64,000 bases of DNA from Octopus vulgaris (GCA_951406725.2 OX597815.1:12090001-12154000), one strand, 5' to 3'; numbered from the stretch's first letter, positions 1 to 12,420 are shown. Notes: generated from the sequence alone by a model not told the origin. Made by a program: numbers and translations.

Positions 1-234
1 GGAACTCACATATTACAAATACAAACTCGAAGTAGAACAGTAAATATATGCATGGCTTTTCTTAAAATTAAAACGTGATATTACTGTTGCTACCTACATT
101 CCAAAGATGAAGCTTTGTATTTTTGTTAGAAACAAGCTCCTTCTTTACTGCAAGAATTTAGATAGTTTAAAATGGAAAAAAAAACTAACATACACACAGA
201 GAAACACGCACGCACGCACAGACACACACACATG

Positions 235-265
<31 letters not shown>

Positions 266-347
266 GCATCAAGAATGAGAGTGATACATGCAAACATACA
301 AATATATTAATGTGTATATGTGTATGCCTGTGTGTATATATATATAT

Positions 348-790
348 ATGTGTGTGTATGCATCTTTGTACATACATATATACACATAAATATACATATG
401 TCTGTGTATAATCACATACGTATACATATATCCATCTATAAGGGCACACACACACACACACACACACGCATATATTATGTACGTTTATACACGTCTATAT
501 TTACATAAGTGCGTAAAATTGTATGTGAATGCCTATATATGCGTGCGTGTGTTTGTGTGTGCTTGTGTGTGTATGTGTGTGTGTGTATGCATCTTTGTAC
601 ATACATATATACACATAAATATACATATGTCTGTGTATAATCACATACGTGTACATATATCCATCTATAAGGGCACACACACACGCATATATTATGTACG
701 TTTATACACGTCTATATTTACATAAGTGCGTAAAATTGTATGTGAATGCCTATATATGCGTGCGTGTGTTTGTGTGTGCTTGTGTGTGTA
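348..790. repeat. Two-copy tandem duplication, period ~229 bp, of CA/TA-rich sequence
   Basis: gcatctttgtacatac...aagggcacacac...gcttgtgtgtgta occurs at 360 and again at 589, near-identical except for (CA)n length. Confidence 0.9.
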
Positions 791-1525
791 TTTGTGTGCT
801 TGTGTGTGTGAGTGTATGTGATACTTTAAATATTATTTTAATTGAATTTCAACATAGTTTCAGGCGAATAAATATAATGGAAAAAAGAAATGCTTTCTGT
901 TTATCTTCCTACAGTAAACTTCCCATCGAATTTCCCTCGAATTCTGACATTAAGTTTCTACTTGCTTTTATTAGACCAACTTTATATTTATTAACGTTAA
1001 ATGTTGATCTGTCTCGAATGAGAGACAACAGCGAGTAGGTACATTTACGGATTTCCGTCTCACATACTTATCTGTACATCATGATACCGAAATAGATGAA
1101 ATGATGGGTGAAAGCTAACGTTAAGTTGAGGACTGACCGTAAATTTTACAACAGACTGCATTCTATTACGACTCAGTCTGAGATATAGGAATGGATTATG
1201 TCTACCATTAAAGCGAGCATTAGAAACGGCCCGAGTTCTATACATATCCATTTGTGCTTTCTTATAATATCATACCGTGTAATTAAAAGGAAGATTCTTC
1301 AGGAGAATGAAAGTATACACGCTGATACACAGTAAGAAATTTACTAGGATGCAATCTATAAAGAAATAATCTCTTAGAAGGAAGGATGTATTTCGTGCAA
1401 ATAGCCAAGGCAGCTGCTTTGGAAGAAAAAAGTACAAATCTGGAGTAAGTCAGATGATCGGTCTCTTACGTAGCACAAATTTTCTTTACAAATTATGTGG
1501 TTCATACTAACCCGGTTCAAATGTA

Positions 1526-1563
<38 letters not shown>

Positions 1564-1829
1564 ACTAATGTAGGATAATTTTTTTCGAAAAAACATTTTA
1601 TCAATGGCCAGCAGATCAAAAAATACCTTTAAAGGTTAAACTTATAAATAACTTACAAAATAAGGGCAAAGGAAAAATTCTAATGCCAAATATGCCGAAA
1701 AAAAGACAAAATTTTGTCGTTATATATATACATATATACATACATATATATATAACAGTACGACAGAAAGCTTGAGGATGGCGAATTGCAGGGGTATTAG
1801 CGAAATATCTTCACGCAATACAACACAGA

Positions 1830-2385
1830 CATTTAAACTGATGGGGTTTGTCTCTTGATGTGGGCAGTACTCTTTTGGATTTCTCTGAGACATTGTTCTC
1901 CTGGGATGTTATCAAAATGTTTCTGGCATCCCTTTCTTATCATACCTAAGGCACCCCTTTAAATTCTCCCTTTAAGCTCTCCCTTTAAATTGCTACGTCT
2001 TGTGTATTTCAATTTCCAAGTCCTTTTGTTTACTTAATTTGTCAACTTCCTTCACAAATATATTTTTATCAGTGGGAACACTTACACCTATTAGTTTACA
2101 AGTATTTTCTTCTCCGTTTTTAATGACTATGTCTAGTCGATTAGCCTGGATCTTTTTGTCGGTGTTCACTGGCAAATCCCAGAGCCTAGTGACATTTTTT
2201 ACCTTCAACGACTGACTCAGGTTGGTGTTTATACCAGTATGCAGGCGTGCTGATTTTGCAGTTTTTACATATTTCTCAATGTAAATACTGCCTACCCTAT
2301 CGTGCCGATTTTTATATTCGTTTGCTGTCACAAAAGGACGTCCCGAGACAAGATGGTATATCGTTTCCTCAAATTTAACACAGCT
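1830..2385 (-). mobile_element. R4/Dong-like non-LTR retrotransposon 3' fragment (CCHC knuckle + restriction-like endonuclease), decayed
   Basis: Translation LCVKFEETIYHLVSG..EYKNRHDRVG and LWDLPVNTDKKIQANRLDIVIK..CKLIGVSVPTDKN..KEVDKLSK.KDLEIEI matches the RHD / PD-(D/E)xK motifs of RLE-type LINEs; frameshifted. Confidence 0.85.
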
Positions 2386-2388
2386 AAT

Positions 2389-2564
2389 TTCTTCTTCTTC
2401 TTCTTCTTCTTCTTCTTCTTCTTCTTCTTCTTCTTCTTCTTCTTCTTCTTCTTCTTCTTCTTCTTCTTCTTCTTCTTCTCCTTCTTCTTCTTCCTCTTCT
2501 TCTTCTTCTCCTTCTTCTTCTTCTTCTTCTTCTTCTTCTTCTTCTTCTTCTTCTTCTTCTTCTT

Positions 2565-2595
<31 letters not shown>

Positions 2596-2615
2596 TTATT
2601 ATTATTATTATTATT
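2389..2615. repeat. Compound microsatellite (TTC)n-(TTA)n
   Basis: Direct reading. Confidence 0.98.
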
Positions 2616-2791
2616 GGGAATGACCTCCCCAAGATGTCAATTTAAGCTGTCGATATTTTAGTGATTGCTTCAACTTATCCTTATTGGCCATACAAAAGAA
2701 TTTTTTCGAATGCAGTCATCTTTCATTCAAACAACATCTCTTATCCGTCTGTACTGAATTCTCAGCAGTATGTTTTGGATACTGGATACTG

Positions 2792-2987
2792 AAGGCGGCG
2801 AGCAGTATTTCGTCTGCCGTTACGTTATGAGTTAAAATTCCGCCGAGGTCGACTTTGCCTTTCATCCTTTCGGGGTCGATTAAATAAGTACCAGTTACGC
2901 ACTGGAGTCGATGTAATTGACTTAATCCCTTTGTCTGTCCTTGTTTGTCCCCTCCATGTTTAGCCCCCTGTGGGCAATAAAGAAATA
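2792..2987 (+). mobile_element. tRNA-derived SINE family A, head internally deleted
   Basis: aaggcggcgagc...aaattccgccgaggtcgactttgcctttcatcctttcggggtcgat...aaagaaata, matching the other window copies; 7-bp TSD gatactg (2785-2791, 2988-2994). Confidence 0.9.
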
Positions 2988-3487
2988 GATACTGTAGATA
3001 TCACATTTTTCCCAAGATGATATTATTTTATGTTGCATATATTGCGCATAAAGCACATGTGGAAGGTTTCAATTTTCTTTATATGCCTGTCGTAGGGAGT
3101 CCATGTTTCTCTGCCCCATACAAAGGAGACTGGTACCCTGTTCATCCCCCAAAATATGTGTCATGATACATCAAATCAAAACAATTTAAGTTGAAGGAAC
3201 AGAACGATAAAACGGTTTCATATAGCCATAAAGAGATACATTTGCCGAATCCCAGGAAAATCGAAATTATTAGTGTCTCCATTGTGACTCCATAGCAACA
3301 TTCACATGTGGACTCAGAATTACATTCACACATCCATCGCTAATGGATTCAGCTTCTTTTGATATTGTCTCTTTTTCCCCACCTTTCTTTCTCTTTTCCT
3401 TAAATCTCCTTCAAACACTACGTCAAAATCATAATTCTCCTCGTCCTCCTAGTCCTCCTCGCCGTCGTCCTCCTGCTCCATCTCCCT

Positions 3488-3489
<2 letters not shown>

Positions 3490-3559
<70 letters not shown>

Positions 3560-3592
3560 GTCGTCATCATCATTATCGTCATCATCATCGTC

Positions 3593-3649
<57 letters not shown>

Positions 3650-3838
3650 GTCGTCATCATCATCATCATCAACTTCATCATCATCATCATCATCGTCGTC
3701 ATCATCATCGTCATCATCATCATCATCATCATCACCATCATCATCATCATCGTCATCGTCATCATCATCATCATCATCTTCATCATCATCATCATCATCA
3801 TCGTCATCATCATCGTCGTCATCGTCATCATCATCATC

Positions 3839-3869
<31 letters not shown>

Positions 3870-3925
3870 ACATCATCATCAACATCATCATCATCATCGT
3901 CGTCGTCATCATCGTCGTCATCATC

Positions 3926-4002
<77 letters not shown>

Positions 4003-4189
4003 CATCATCATCGTCATCGTCATCATCATCATCATCGTCATCATCATCATCATCATCATCGTCATCATCATCGTCGTCATCATCATCATCCTCATCACCA
4101 TCATCATCATCATCGTCATCGTCATCGTCATCATCATCATCATCAACATCATCATCATCATCATCGTCATCATCATCGTCGTCATCGTC

Positions 4190-4235
<46 letters not shown>

Positions 4236-4288
4236 ACATCATCATCATCATCATCGTCGTCGTCATCATCGTCATCATCATCATCATC

Positions 4289-4374
<86 letters not shown>
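3490..4374. repeat. ~885 bp interrupted (CAT)n microsatellite
   Basis: CAT units with CGT/CAC/CAA variants; source of the poly-His and poly-Met ORFs. Confidence 0.98.
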
Positions 4375-4765
4375 TACTATTAGTATTGCTGTTGTTCTTG
4401 TTATTATTGTTACATGTCTAGTTAGACTGGGGATGAGTTGCTAGGTTATGTAACACTTAAAAATCATTCAGCTTTTATACATATATGTACATAAATGTGT
4501 GTGTGTGTGTGTGTGTGTGTGTTTCGCTGATGTGTGCAGCTGATTTGAAAATTCTGTGCTATTTCCCGGTCGGTTTTTCACTCAATATGTGTGAAGTGGC
4601 TACGTGGTTAAGGCTTTTTAGCTCACAATCACTAGATCGTGGATTCAGTTTCTGATTATACACTAAGATGTGTGCTTGAGCAAATATATTATTTAATGTT
4701 CCCCCATTGAAATCAACTGAAAATGTATACCTTTGACTTATTCAATTGTTATATTTTCAATGTTC

Positions 4766-5000
4766 AAAAGGCGGCGAGCTGGCAGAAACGTTAGAACGCC
4801 GGGCGAAATGCGTAGCCGAATTTCGTCTGCCGTTACGTTCCGAGTTCAAATTCCGCCGAGGTCGACTTTGCCTTTCATCCTTCCGGGGTCGATAAATTAA
4901 GTACCAGTTACGCACTGGGGTCGATGTTATCGACTTAATCCCTTTGTCTGTCCTTGTTTGTCTCCTCTGTGTTTAGCCCCTTGTGGGTTGTAAAGAAATA
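4766..5000 (+). mobile_element. tRNA-derived SINE family A, full monomer
   Basis: Head ggcggcgagctggcagaaacgttag, B-box-like gagttcaaattcc; 16-bp TSD tatattttcaatgttc (4750-4765, 5001-5016). Confidence 0.93.
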
Positions 5001-6085
5001 TATATTTTCAATGTTCTTCTGGGTGCAGTGCTCGAAATGTGTCTACGTGTGTTCACATTTACATAAGTACTTAGAATAGTAGAAGCCTACTACACATCAG
5101 GTGATATTCGCCAGCTAGTGACGGGTAATCACTCACACAAACCTCTATGACGATGTAATTAATTGCGTGAGTCTGAAATATTTTCTGATCAAAATATTAT
5201 CTCTTCATCAAAATATTTTTCGAAAATTTTCGTGCTATGCGGTTATTTCGCGTATGTGATTAATACTTTAATTCTATTTGGACAGCAAATATATTTTCAA
5301 TTTAAAAAAAAAATACCTTATATGATTTATATATTTTTTTCTTTTCTCGCTGTTTATTGAATATTTATTAATGTACGTTGCAATGGAAATAAATAGCTGA
5401 CAACCTTGTTTAACCTCAATCTTCACTAAGCACTGGATTAATCTGTTTACATTCATATTTGGAATTACATTTACTTCCTGTCCAGGAAATTCTTGGTAAA
5501 CTAATTCACATTCTTCTCTTGCACACATGAATTTAGAAATAAACTGGCTACTTGTAAAATACGCAAAGGTATAAAAGTATGTTCGAAAAACATATGAAGG
5601 GCGATCGCAGTATCTAACTGGTACATCGGCATTTATTTTATCGACTCCGGTATGATGGAGAGCATCATAAACAACCGATTCGCTTAACAGTGTAAAAGTA
5701 AAGGATATTCAGACAACATATTTTCCAACTTCTAATAGATCTTCAAAATGCACATTTTGAAGGATAAGAGATGTTACAGTAAGACTGGAACATATTTTGT
5801 TAAACCAAGAATAGAAAGGAATCAGGGATGTGAACGTCAACGCCTCCATCGTGTTCTGATTGATATTTAACAGTTTGCTTACGCTTAAACGCTTTCGAAA
5901 TGTAAACTAACTTCAATTATCCCATTAAAATGAATGTGTGACATTATATATTTGGAACATACATAAGGCATTTAAACCAGGCACGAGGCATGAAGGACCC
6001 TGCAGCACCTTGCATATGAGCTGTAGGTATATATGGGCGCATCTTTCTACTTATGTATGTATTTCTGTTTCTTTATTAAATTCTG

Positions 6086-6123
<38 letters not shown>

Positions 6124-6167
6124 CTCTCTCTCTCTCTTTCTCTGTATATATATATATATATATATAA

Positions 6168-6493
6168 TTAATTAAGGGTAGAAATTGATATTTATCAATT
6201 AAGACCAGTGGTCTAGCATATTAAAAAAAGAATCCGAAGATTAAAATATTTATATATACCAATTAAGGACTGAACACGAAAAGTGGACAGTCAACATGCT
6301 AGATATAGACGTCAAATCGCCATTCTCCACAAAAGATTATGTTCTCAGATCAAACTCAGCACAAAACCATAGCAATAAACAAGTGAAAATATACGAAATA
6401 AATAATTACCCATGTGGAGAATGGCGATTTGACGTCTATATCTAGCATGTTGACTGTCCACTTTTCGTGTTCAGTCCTTAATTGGTATATATA
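6168..6493. mobile_element. Penelope-like terminal-repeat fragment with perfect 81-bp inverted repeat, in (TA)n
   Basis: Arms 6251-6331 and 6413-6493 are exact reverse complements; the agggt..aaattgat..cagtggtctagca start resembles 10160, 15380 and 55705. Confidence 0.65.
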
Positions 6494-6507
6494 TAGAGAG
6501 AGGGAGA

Positions 6508-6540
<33 letters not shown>

Positions 6541-6547
<7 letters not shown>

Positions 6548-6846
6548 AAGACAGACATTGTATGCGCATAAGCCCCGTACATTGGACGATTTGCAGGAAG
6601 CTATTCCCATGGAAGTCACCCAGATTGATAGAACAATGCTCGACAGACTAGAGGCCAACTTCCAAAAGCCCCTTCAGAAATGCCTCAATGAAAATGGACA
6701 CCACATGATAAATGTTGTTTTCTATACTTTATTTTGACAAATGTTAATTCAGTACAAACACGTTGATGTCTATAAAATTTGTTTTTAGTTAAAATAAAAG
6801 ATTTTGTGAATTTTTCAAAAACGTCCGTCCTCTCTGCTCCATCCTG
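6541..6846 (+). mobile_element. Tc1/mariner transposase C-terminal remnant with 3' end
   Basis: LYAHKPRTLDDLQEAIPMEVTQIDRTMLDRLEANFQKPLQKCLNENGHH resembles the Tc1/mariner C-terminal helix ending C...GGHF; ends ..atcctg followed by TA. Confidence 0.75.
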
Positions 6847-6864
6847 TATATGAATTTATGTGTA

Positions 6865-7118
6865 TACTCTTTTACTTGTTTCAGTCATTTGACTGCGGCC
6901 ATGCTATAGCACCGCATTTACTCGAGTAAATCGACCCCGGAACTTATTCTTTGTAAGCCCAGTACTTATTCTATCGGTCTCTTTTGCCGAACCGCTAAGT
7001 GACAGCGACGTAAACACACCAGCATCAGTTGTCAAGCAATGCTAGGTGGACAAACACAGACACACAAACACACACATACATATACATATATAAATATACA
7101 TATATACGACAGGCTTCT
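6865..7118 (-). mobile_element. SINE family B, 3' half, truncated by the adjacent hairpin
   Basis: tactcttttacttgtttcagtcatttgactgcggccatgct...tacgacaggcttct aligns to the 8000-8407 copy and stops abruptly. Confidence 0.9.
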
Positions 7119-7417
7119 TGAAGAATCAGTTCCTAGCCACATCTCTACGAATTATGTGAGACCTTTAACAATATACAGCTAGTCCATCTCAGCACTGCCC
7201 TATTTTTTCAAAATACACACATGCATACACATACATACACATAAACACACATAAGTGTATGTGCGTATGTTTATGTGTGTTTATGTGTATGTATGTATGT
7301 ATGTATGCGTATGCATGTGTGTATTTTAAAAAATAGGGCAGTGCTGAGATGGACCAGCTGTATATTGTTAAAGGTCTCACATAATTCGTAGAGATGTGGC
7401 TAGGAACTGATTCTTCA
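7119..7417. repeat. Near-perfect ~300 bp foldback inverted repeat
   Basis: tgaagaatcagttcctagcc...cacataa (7119-7254) versus ttatgtg...ggaactgattcttca (7270-7417). Confidence 0.95.
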
Positions 7418-7825
7418 TCAAGCGCATTGCGTAGCTCTTATTGTTATCAAGAAGGAAAATAATCTCCTGGGTGTTATTAGTAATCATAAGACATAAATAA
7501 AAACGTCGTTTTGGCATATACAGTTATGCATATATAGTTATGCACACTATGTAGCACCAGTGCTGAATCATCTGAATAACAACTGTTTAATTGTGCAGAG
7601 AACTAACTCTAACAGGTTGCAATTATTGACCGAATGCAGGAGTAACACCATAAATCGATGCACATTTAGTTATTATAGGATATTGATTTCATATCCTGCC
7701 ATAGCTACAAAGAGATTTTTGCAGTGATTTTAACCCATCCTCCCCCACCGAAAATTCTTATCTAGGAAAGCTGGAAGTAAAAAAATATTTCGCTACATCT
7801 CTCATTTTCTTCTTTTCTTTTTTAG

Positions 7826-7955
7826 AAATATTTCATGAAGGATCATAATTCTCAGCGTGGCATCAGTTCAATGACTGAAGTAAAAGAAAATCTTGTAACA
7901 CTATTTTTTTTTTTTTGGCATTATCAGCCATACCTGTATTATATTCGTCCTCCAG
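7826..7955 (+). other. Candidate exon, possibly encoding a signal peptide
   Basis: Strong acceptor ctcattttcttcttttctttttttag and donor CAG|gtgaga; one frame open throughout. Confidence 0.35.
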
Positions 7956-7999
7956 GTGAGACAGTATATCTGGCAAATCAGATTAGATACATTGCCTTA

Positions 8000-8407
8000 T
8001 ACTCTCTTTACTCTTTACTCTTTTACTTTTTTCAGTCATTTGACTGCAGCCATGCTGGAGCACCGCCTTTAGTCGAGCAAATCGACCACGGTACTTATTC
8101 TTTGTAAGCCCAGTACTTATTCTATCGGTCTCTTTTGCCGAACCGCTAAGTGACGGGGACGTAAACACACCAGCATCGGTTGTCAAGCAATGCTAGGGGG
8201 ACAAACACAGACACACATACACTCATATATGTATACATATATACGACGGGCTTCTTTCAGTTTCCGTCTACCAAATCCACTCACAGGGCTTTGGTCGGCC
8301 CGAGGCTATAGTAGAAGACACTAGCCCAAGGTGCCACGCAGTGGAACTGAACCCGGAACCATGTGGTTGGTAAACAAGCTACTTACCACACAGCCACTCC
8401 TGCGCCT
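8000..8407 (-). mobile_element. tRNA-derived SINE family B, full length
   Basis: Minus strand begins aggcgcaggagtggctgtgtggtaag (A box), B-box-like gggttcagttcc, internal (TA/TG)n, (gagtaaa)n tail. Confidence 0.93.
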
Positions 8408-9046
8408 GGAAGATCTCGTGGAAGATTATATGGAAGATCTCGTGCAGCTATAGTTATCAAAAGTGGGTGGAACTAATTTAGTTCAACTATAGCAACCAAC
8501 TCATTGGAATAATATAGATGTGAAATAAGAAAGAAAGTAAAATTGTAAATTAGTAGCAGATCGTTTGAGATTAGTGTCTGGTGATATTTCTTTCGTCTTT
8601 CTGTAATTTGAGTGGAACTTTGCCTTTAATGTTTACAGGACCACTAAACAAAGTACCATTCTGTTACAGGCTTCATCTCTGTTTTTAATTTTCAGCGATG
8701 CCCCTGCGTTTGGAAGGTCAAACATCGTTTCGTCGTGTTACACTGATTCTACGGAGGGTTTACACGTTATAGATATATTCACACACGTAGACACACAGAG
8801 ACACACAGACACAGACACATACGTATATACATATATATGAATACATATATACATATATGCATGTATACATTTAATATATTGGACTAATGCGTATATGTAC
8901 ATTAGTGTGTTGATCTACGTGGTGTTATCTGCAACCGGTTAAATTTCCAGTGGATTTACTTCAGGAACGCCACAGTGTTAGTTCAGATAATGATAATGAT
9001 TTCTTAAGTAACCAGAAGATAGATTTGGTATTAATATTTATTTAGA

Positions 9047-9303
9047 TCACCCTCGCTTTGACCTATATTGCTACTGTCCCTTATTGGTTGAACTCCTTTC
9101 AACATGTTGTGTTGCTTCCATTTTGAGCTTCATCATGTACATCCATACATAAATATGTGTCTCGCTAAAGATCCTGAGTTTTGGCTGTCATGTTATTATA
9201 CGCTCGTCCGATGAGGCCCATAGTGCACAATGGATGTAACACAACATATTGAACGGAGTCCCACCCATAAGGGACAATGATGTGATGGGTCGAAACGACC
9301 GTT
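9047..9303. repeat. Diverged inverted pair of hammerhead-like terminal repeats
   Basis: The reverse complement of 9047-9136 (gatgaagctc..aatggaagcaacacaacatgttgaaaggagtt..ataagggaca) aligns to 9208-9303 (ccgatgaggcccat..atgggtcgaaacgaccgtt). Confidence 0.65.
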
Positions 9304-9354
9304 GCGCAAAATTACTTAAGAAATTATATATATATATATATATCAATTTTTTTT

Positions 9355-9560
9355 CTGCAATGAGATTAAAATAACCAAGGCTGTGTTGATTTTAGAACAG
9401 TTATAAATATCTTTTGCAGCTGTTTCTAGGATGTTTATTATGTTTCTTCATAGGAGACGTTGTGAGAAGTTGGTTAAGCAATAGTTAATTTAGATAAGAT
9501 ACGAAATCGAGAGTGAGGTGGAGGAATGAAAATAGATGTGAGATATGCAGGGATATTGCA
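9355..9560 (-). mobile_element. Penelope-like terminal repeat, decayed HHR (family of 56982)
   Basis: atgagattaaaataaccaaggc..cagctgtttctaggat..gagacg aligns to 56989-57095; GAAACAGCUG on minus. Confidence 0.55.
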
Positions 9561-10095
9561 TTTGTAGATCCATTATTTAGGCAGGCTGGTATACATATAA
9601 AATTGTAATACCTTATGAGTAAAATCTAATAGTATTTAAAATCAGTCATTCCAAGAATAGTGTTTATACACAGTGTTGAATCAAGGCTTTTATTTAAAGT
9701 GACCTATATACATATCCATACATGCATGCATATATTACGCTCGCTCTGATACCATGAGTTGAGGTGATGTCTTCTAGTGCCTCCAAATTTGATACACAAT
9801 CATTTATGATTGTAGAGTCCTACGCTGAGGAGAAAAGTAGTCGGGTAAGACATAATTATTTAATTTTTATGCTTTCCTACGACTTAATTTCGAAACGTAC
9901 GTCCGTAGGTGACTTAATATAGAATGATTGTCGTCATTTCTTTCTCTTTTACCTGCGTTGTTTGCCTTTTAAGTGCTGTGGTTTTACTGAGATCTCTCTT
10001 TTAAGTAGAAAGAATAGCCATAAATCCATGACTGCTATTTCTAAATTCGGTGTGTGGTGAGGCAAATCGTTGCTAAACCCTTAATTACTTAGTAT

Positions 10096-10145
<50 letters not shown>

Positions 10146-10148
<3 letters not shown>

Positions 10149-11070
10149 CATAATAAACAATATTAGGGTAATAAGAATTAAAGAAATTCTTATTATCAGT
10201 GGCCTAGCACAAACAACATAGTCAATAGACTAAGTATCATTCACATAAAAATATCGTGTACATTAGAACACATTAAGAGGCTTCCAAATAGGAAAGCCTT
10301 GTGCTAGAAAGAGCAGTAGAAAACTCAAACCACTAATTATGGATACATTCTCGAAAGGATTGAAAATTAATAACGTTTACCATCTAATTTAGTTCCTAGA
10401 CCATTGTTTCTAACTCATTCCAGTAAAAAAATATTTACTGAGGCTAGTTTTCATCAGTAGGGAGCCTTTAGATTTCAAATATACACACAACTAGATTCGC
10501 ATGTAAACTAGTTGCCTGTATATCCTAATTTTTCAAACTTACTAATCATTGCTCAAAGTAATGAATTAAAAGATATAACCAAGGCTCGAGCTATGGCTCT
10601 TAGTAAAAGACAGCCTAAAAGCTTAAAAAGATTATTAACAAAGTAATGTTTGACCCTAGCAACAAAGACCAATCATTCGCTGTATCTAAATGCTATGATA
10701 GCCAATGTGACACTTGCCAATTCATACTTACCGGCCAATACATGAACACAAAAGGAAAGGAAAATATTCACGAACGCATACGTGAGCTACAAAAGCAGAA
10801 ATTTAATTCACTGCATCAAATGGCCGAATTGCGAAGAACTACATGTGGGTCAGATTGGAAATGTACTATCAGAACCTTCACGTGCGCACCGGCAGCAAAT
10901 TAGAGACCCGGATGTACGTCAGATACTTTTGAGTAACCATCTAGCAACATGTGGTCTGAAAATGTTTGAAATATTTCCATTGCACTAACTACACAGTCCA
11001 AGTGAAATCGAGTGAACAATTATAGAAAAAAACGTTATTGATAAACTCCAACCCAAGCTGAATAAACAAT
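10146..11070 (+). mobile_element. 5'-truncated Penelope-like element: GIY-YIG endonuclease remnant preceded by an inverted terminal repeat
   Basis: SKRQPKSLKRLL, KCYDSQCDTCQFI, SRNLIHCIKWPNCEELHVGQIG..L..R.HRQQIR..HLATC = PLE Zn-linker plus GIY-YIG; frameshifted; starts right after (TA)n. Confidence 0.85.
10395..10461 (-). ncRNA. Type I hammerhead ribozyme motif, core intact
   Basis: CCUA CUGAUGA A AACU..CAGUAAA/UUUACUG..AGUU A GAAAC AAUG GUC UAGG; stem I CCUA/UAGG, GUC triplet. Confidence 0.75.
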
Positions 11071-11560
11071 GATAATAGTAATACTTAGAGGTACTATTTT
11101 TATTGTTACGACCACAACCACTAGCAACAATACTAAAGGTGCTCGTGATGGCGATAGCAGGAAAATACTAGCTAAGTCAAGAGAAAAGTCAGTAAAAATA
11201 ATCTTATTTGGGGTTTAAAGTTCTATTACCACAGCTACTCATACCACAACCACCACCACCAACTACAACAACAACAATAATAACAACTACAACTACAACA
11301 ACTGTTATTAAAACAACAACAACTTTATTAAAGGTGATGATAATGACGACGATAATTGAAATGTAAAAATCCCTGGGAAATGTTGTTTACATGAATGTTG
11401 GTGCATGAAAGTACTAGTTCAACCACAATGAACATTTAATATTGCAACATTTCATAATATTTTATTATCTTATATCATTATGAGATTGTAAATAAAACGT
11501 AAAGATCAAAGTTGGAATTCCTTTGATTAAGAAATTCTTCTACACACAATCATACACACC

Positions 11561-11624
<64 letters not shown>

Positions 11625-11699
11625 AATGTGTGTGTGTGTGTGTGTAACGTAACAGTTTAAAAGGAAAAAAATTGGTTTCATATCTGGCGTAAACTAGAC

Positions 11700-12215
11700 A
11701 TCTCTTTAGTTTCTCTAAACAAAAAACCTTCACTGCAAAGAATGTTTATTTTTTAAAACACAAGAACGCCGCTGATATTTCAATAAATATTCGATTTTTC
11801 AACGCAGTGGCTCCTGCTTACAATGAAGCGATAGCGACCAGCCGGTTCAAGGACCATATAGTATATACACCAGGATTGCGTAACCATAAAATGAAACGTC
11901 ACAGCAAGACCTTATGGTTAGCTTCCCACTTCTCCCTAAATGTCTGGACATGCGTATGTTAGATTTTTCTTAGATTGGTTGATAAGCATTTCACGCGATA
12001 ACACAAATATAGAAATATTTTTGACGGGCATTATTTAAGAATCTTTTGCAGATGTGCTCCTAATTTTAAGAAAAAATTACTTAGCACTCCTAAACCACAG
12101 ACAGAGGCGGGTTGTTCATGTAGGATTAGAAATGAATGTCCAGTTGACGGCCGATGTAACACCGAGGCTACAGTGTACCAAGCGAAGGTGGCCTCAAACA
12201 GAAACCGCACAAATA
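11700..12215 (+). mobile_element. Second Penelope-like element remnant (RT thumb/linker to start of GIY-YIG), different subfamily
   Basis: FFNAVAPAYNEAIATSRFKDHIVY..KRHSKTLW..FSLNV..FLRLVDKHF..KYRNIF..CAPNF and CSCRIRNECPVDGRCNTEATVYQAKV, with internal stops. Confidence 0.8.
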
Positions 12216-12420
12216 TCAGTAACATCAATGCCAAAACAGGGACATACACTAAAATTTATGTCGGATCTTTTGTCTGTGTGTATGTGTTCGTGTGGACATG
12301 TTTCACTTAAGCATTGCCATAATAATAACTTGGTGTAAAATTTATTATACGCATGCTTCTAAACGAAACGTCAGTGGAGTATAGGGCAGTAATAAGAAAG
12401 TAGACAACAAAGGATTAAGC

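Noticed and set aside
3343-4383. 346-aa poly-His ORF and the antisense 318-aa poly-Met ORF
   Set aside because: Both are read-throughs of (CAT)n, which lacks stops in those frames; no splice or codon evidence
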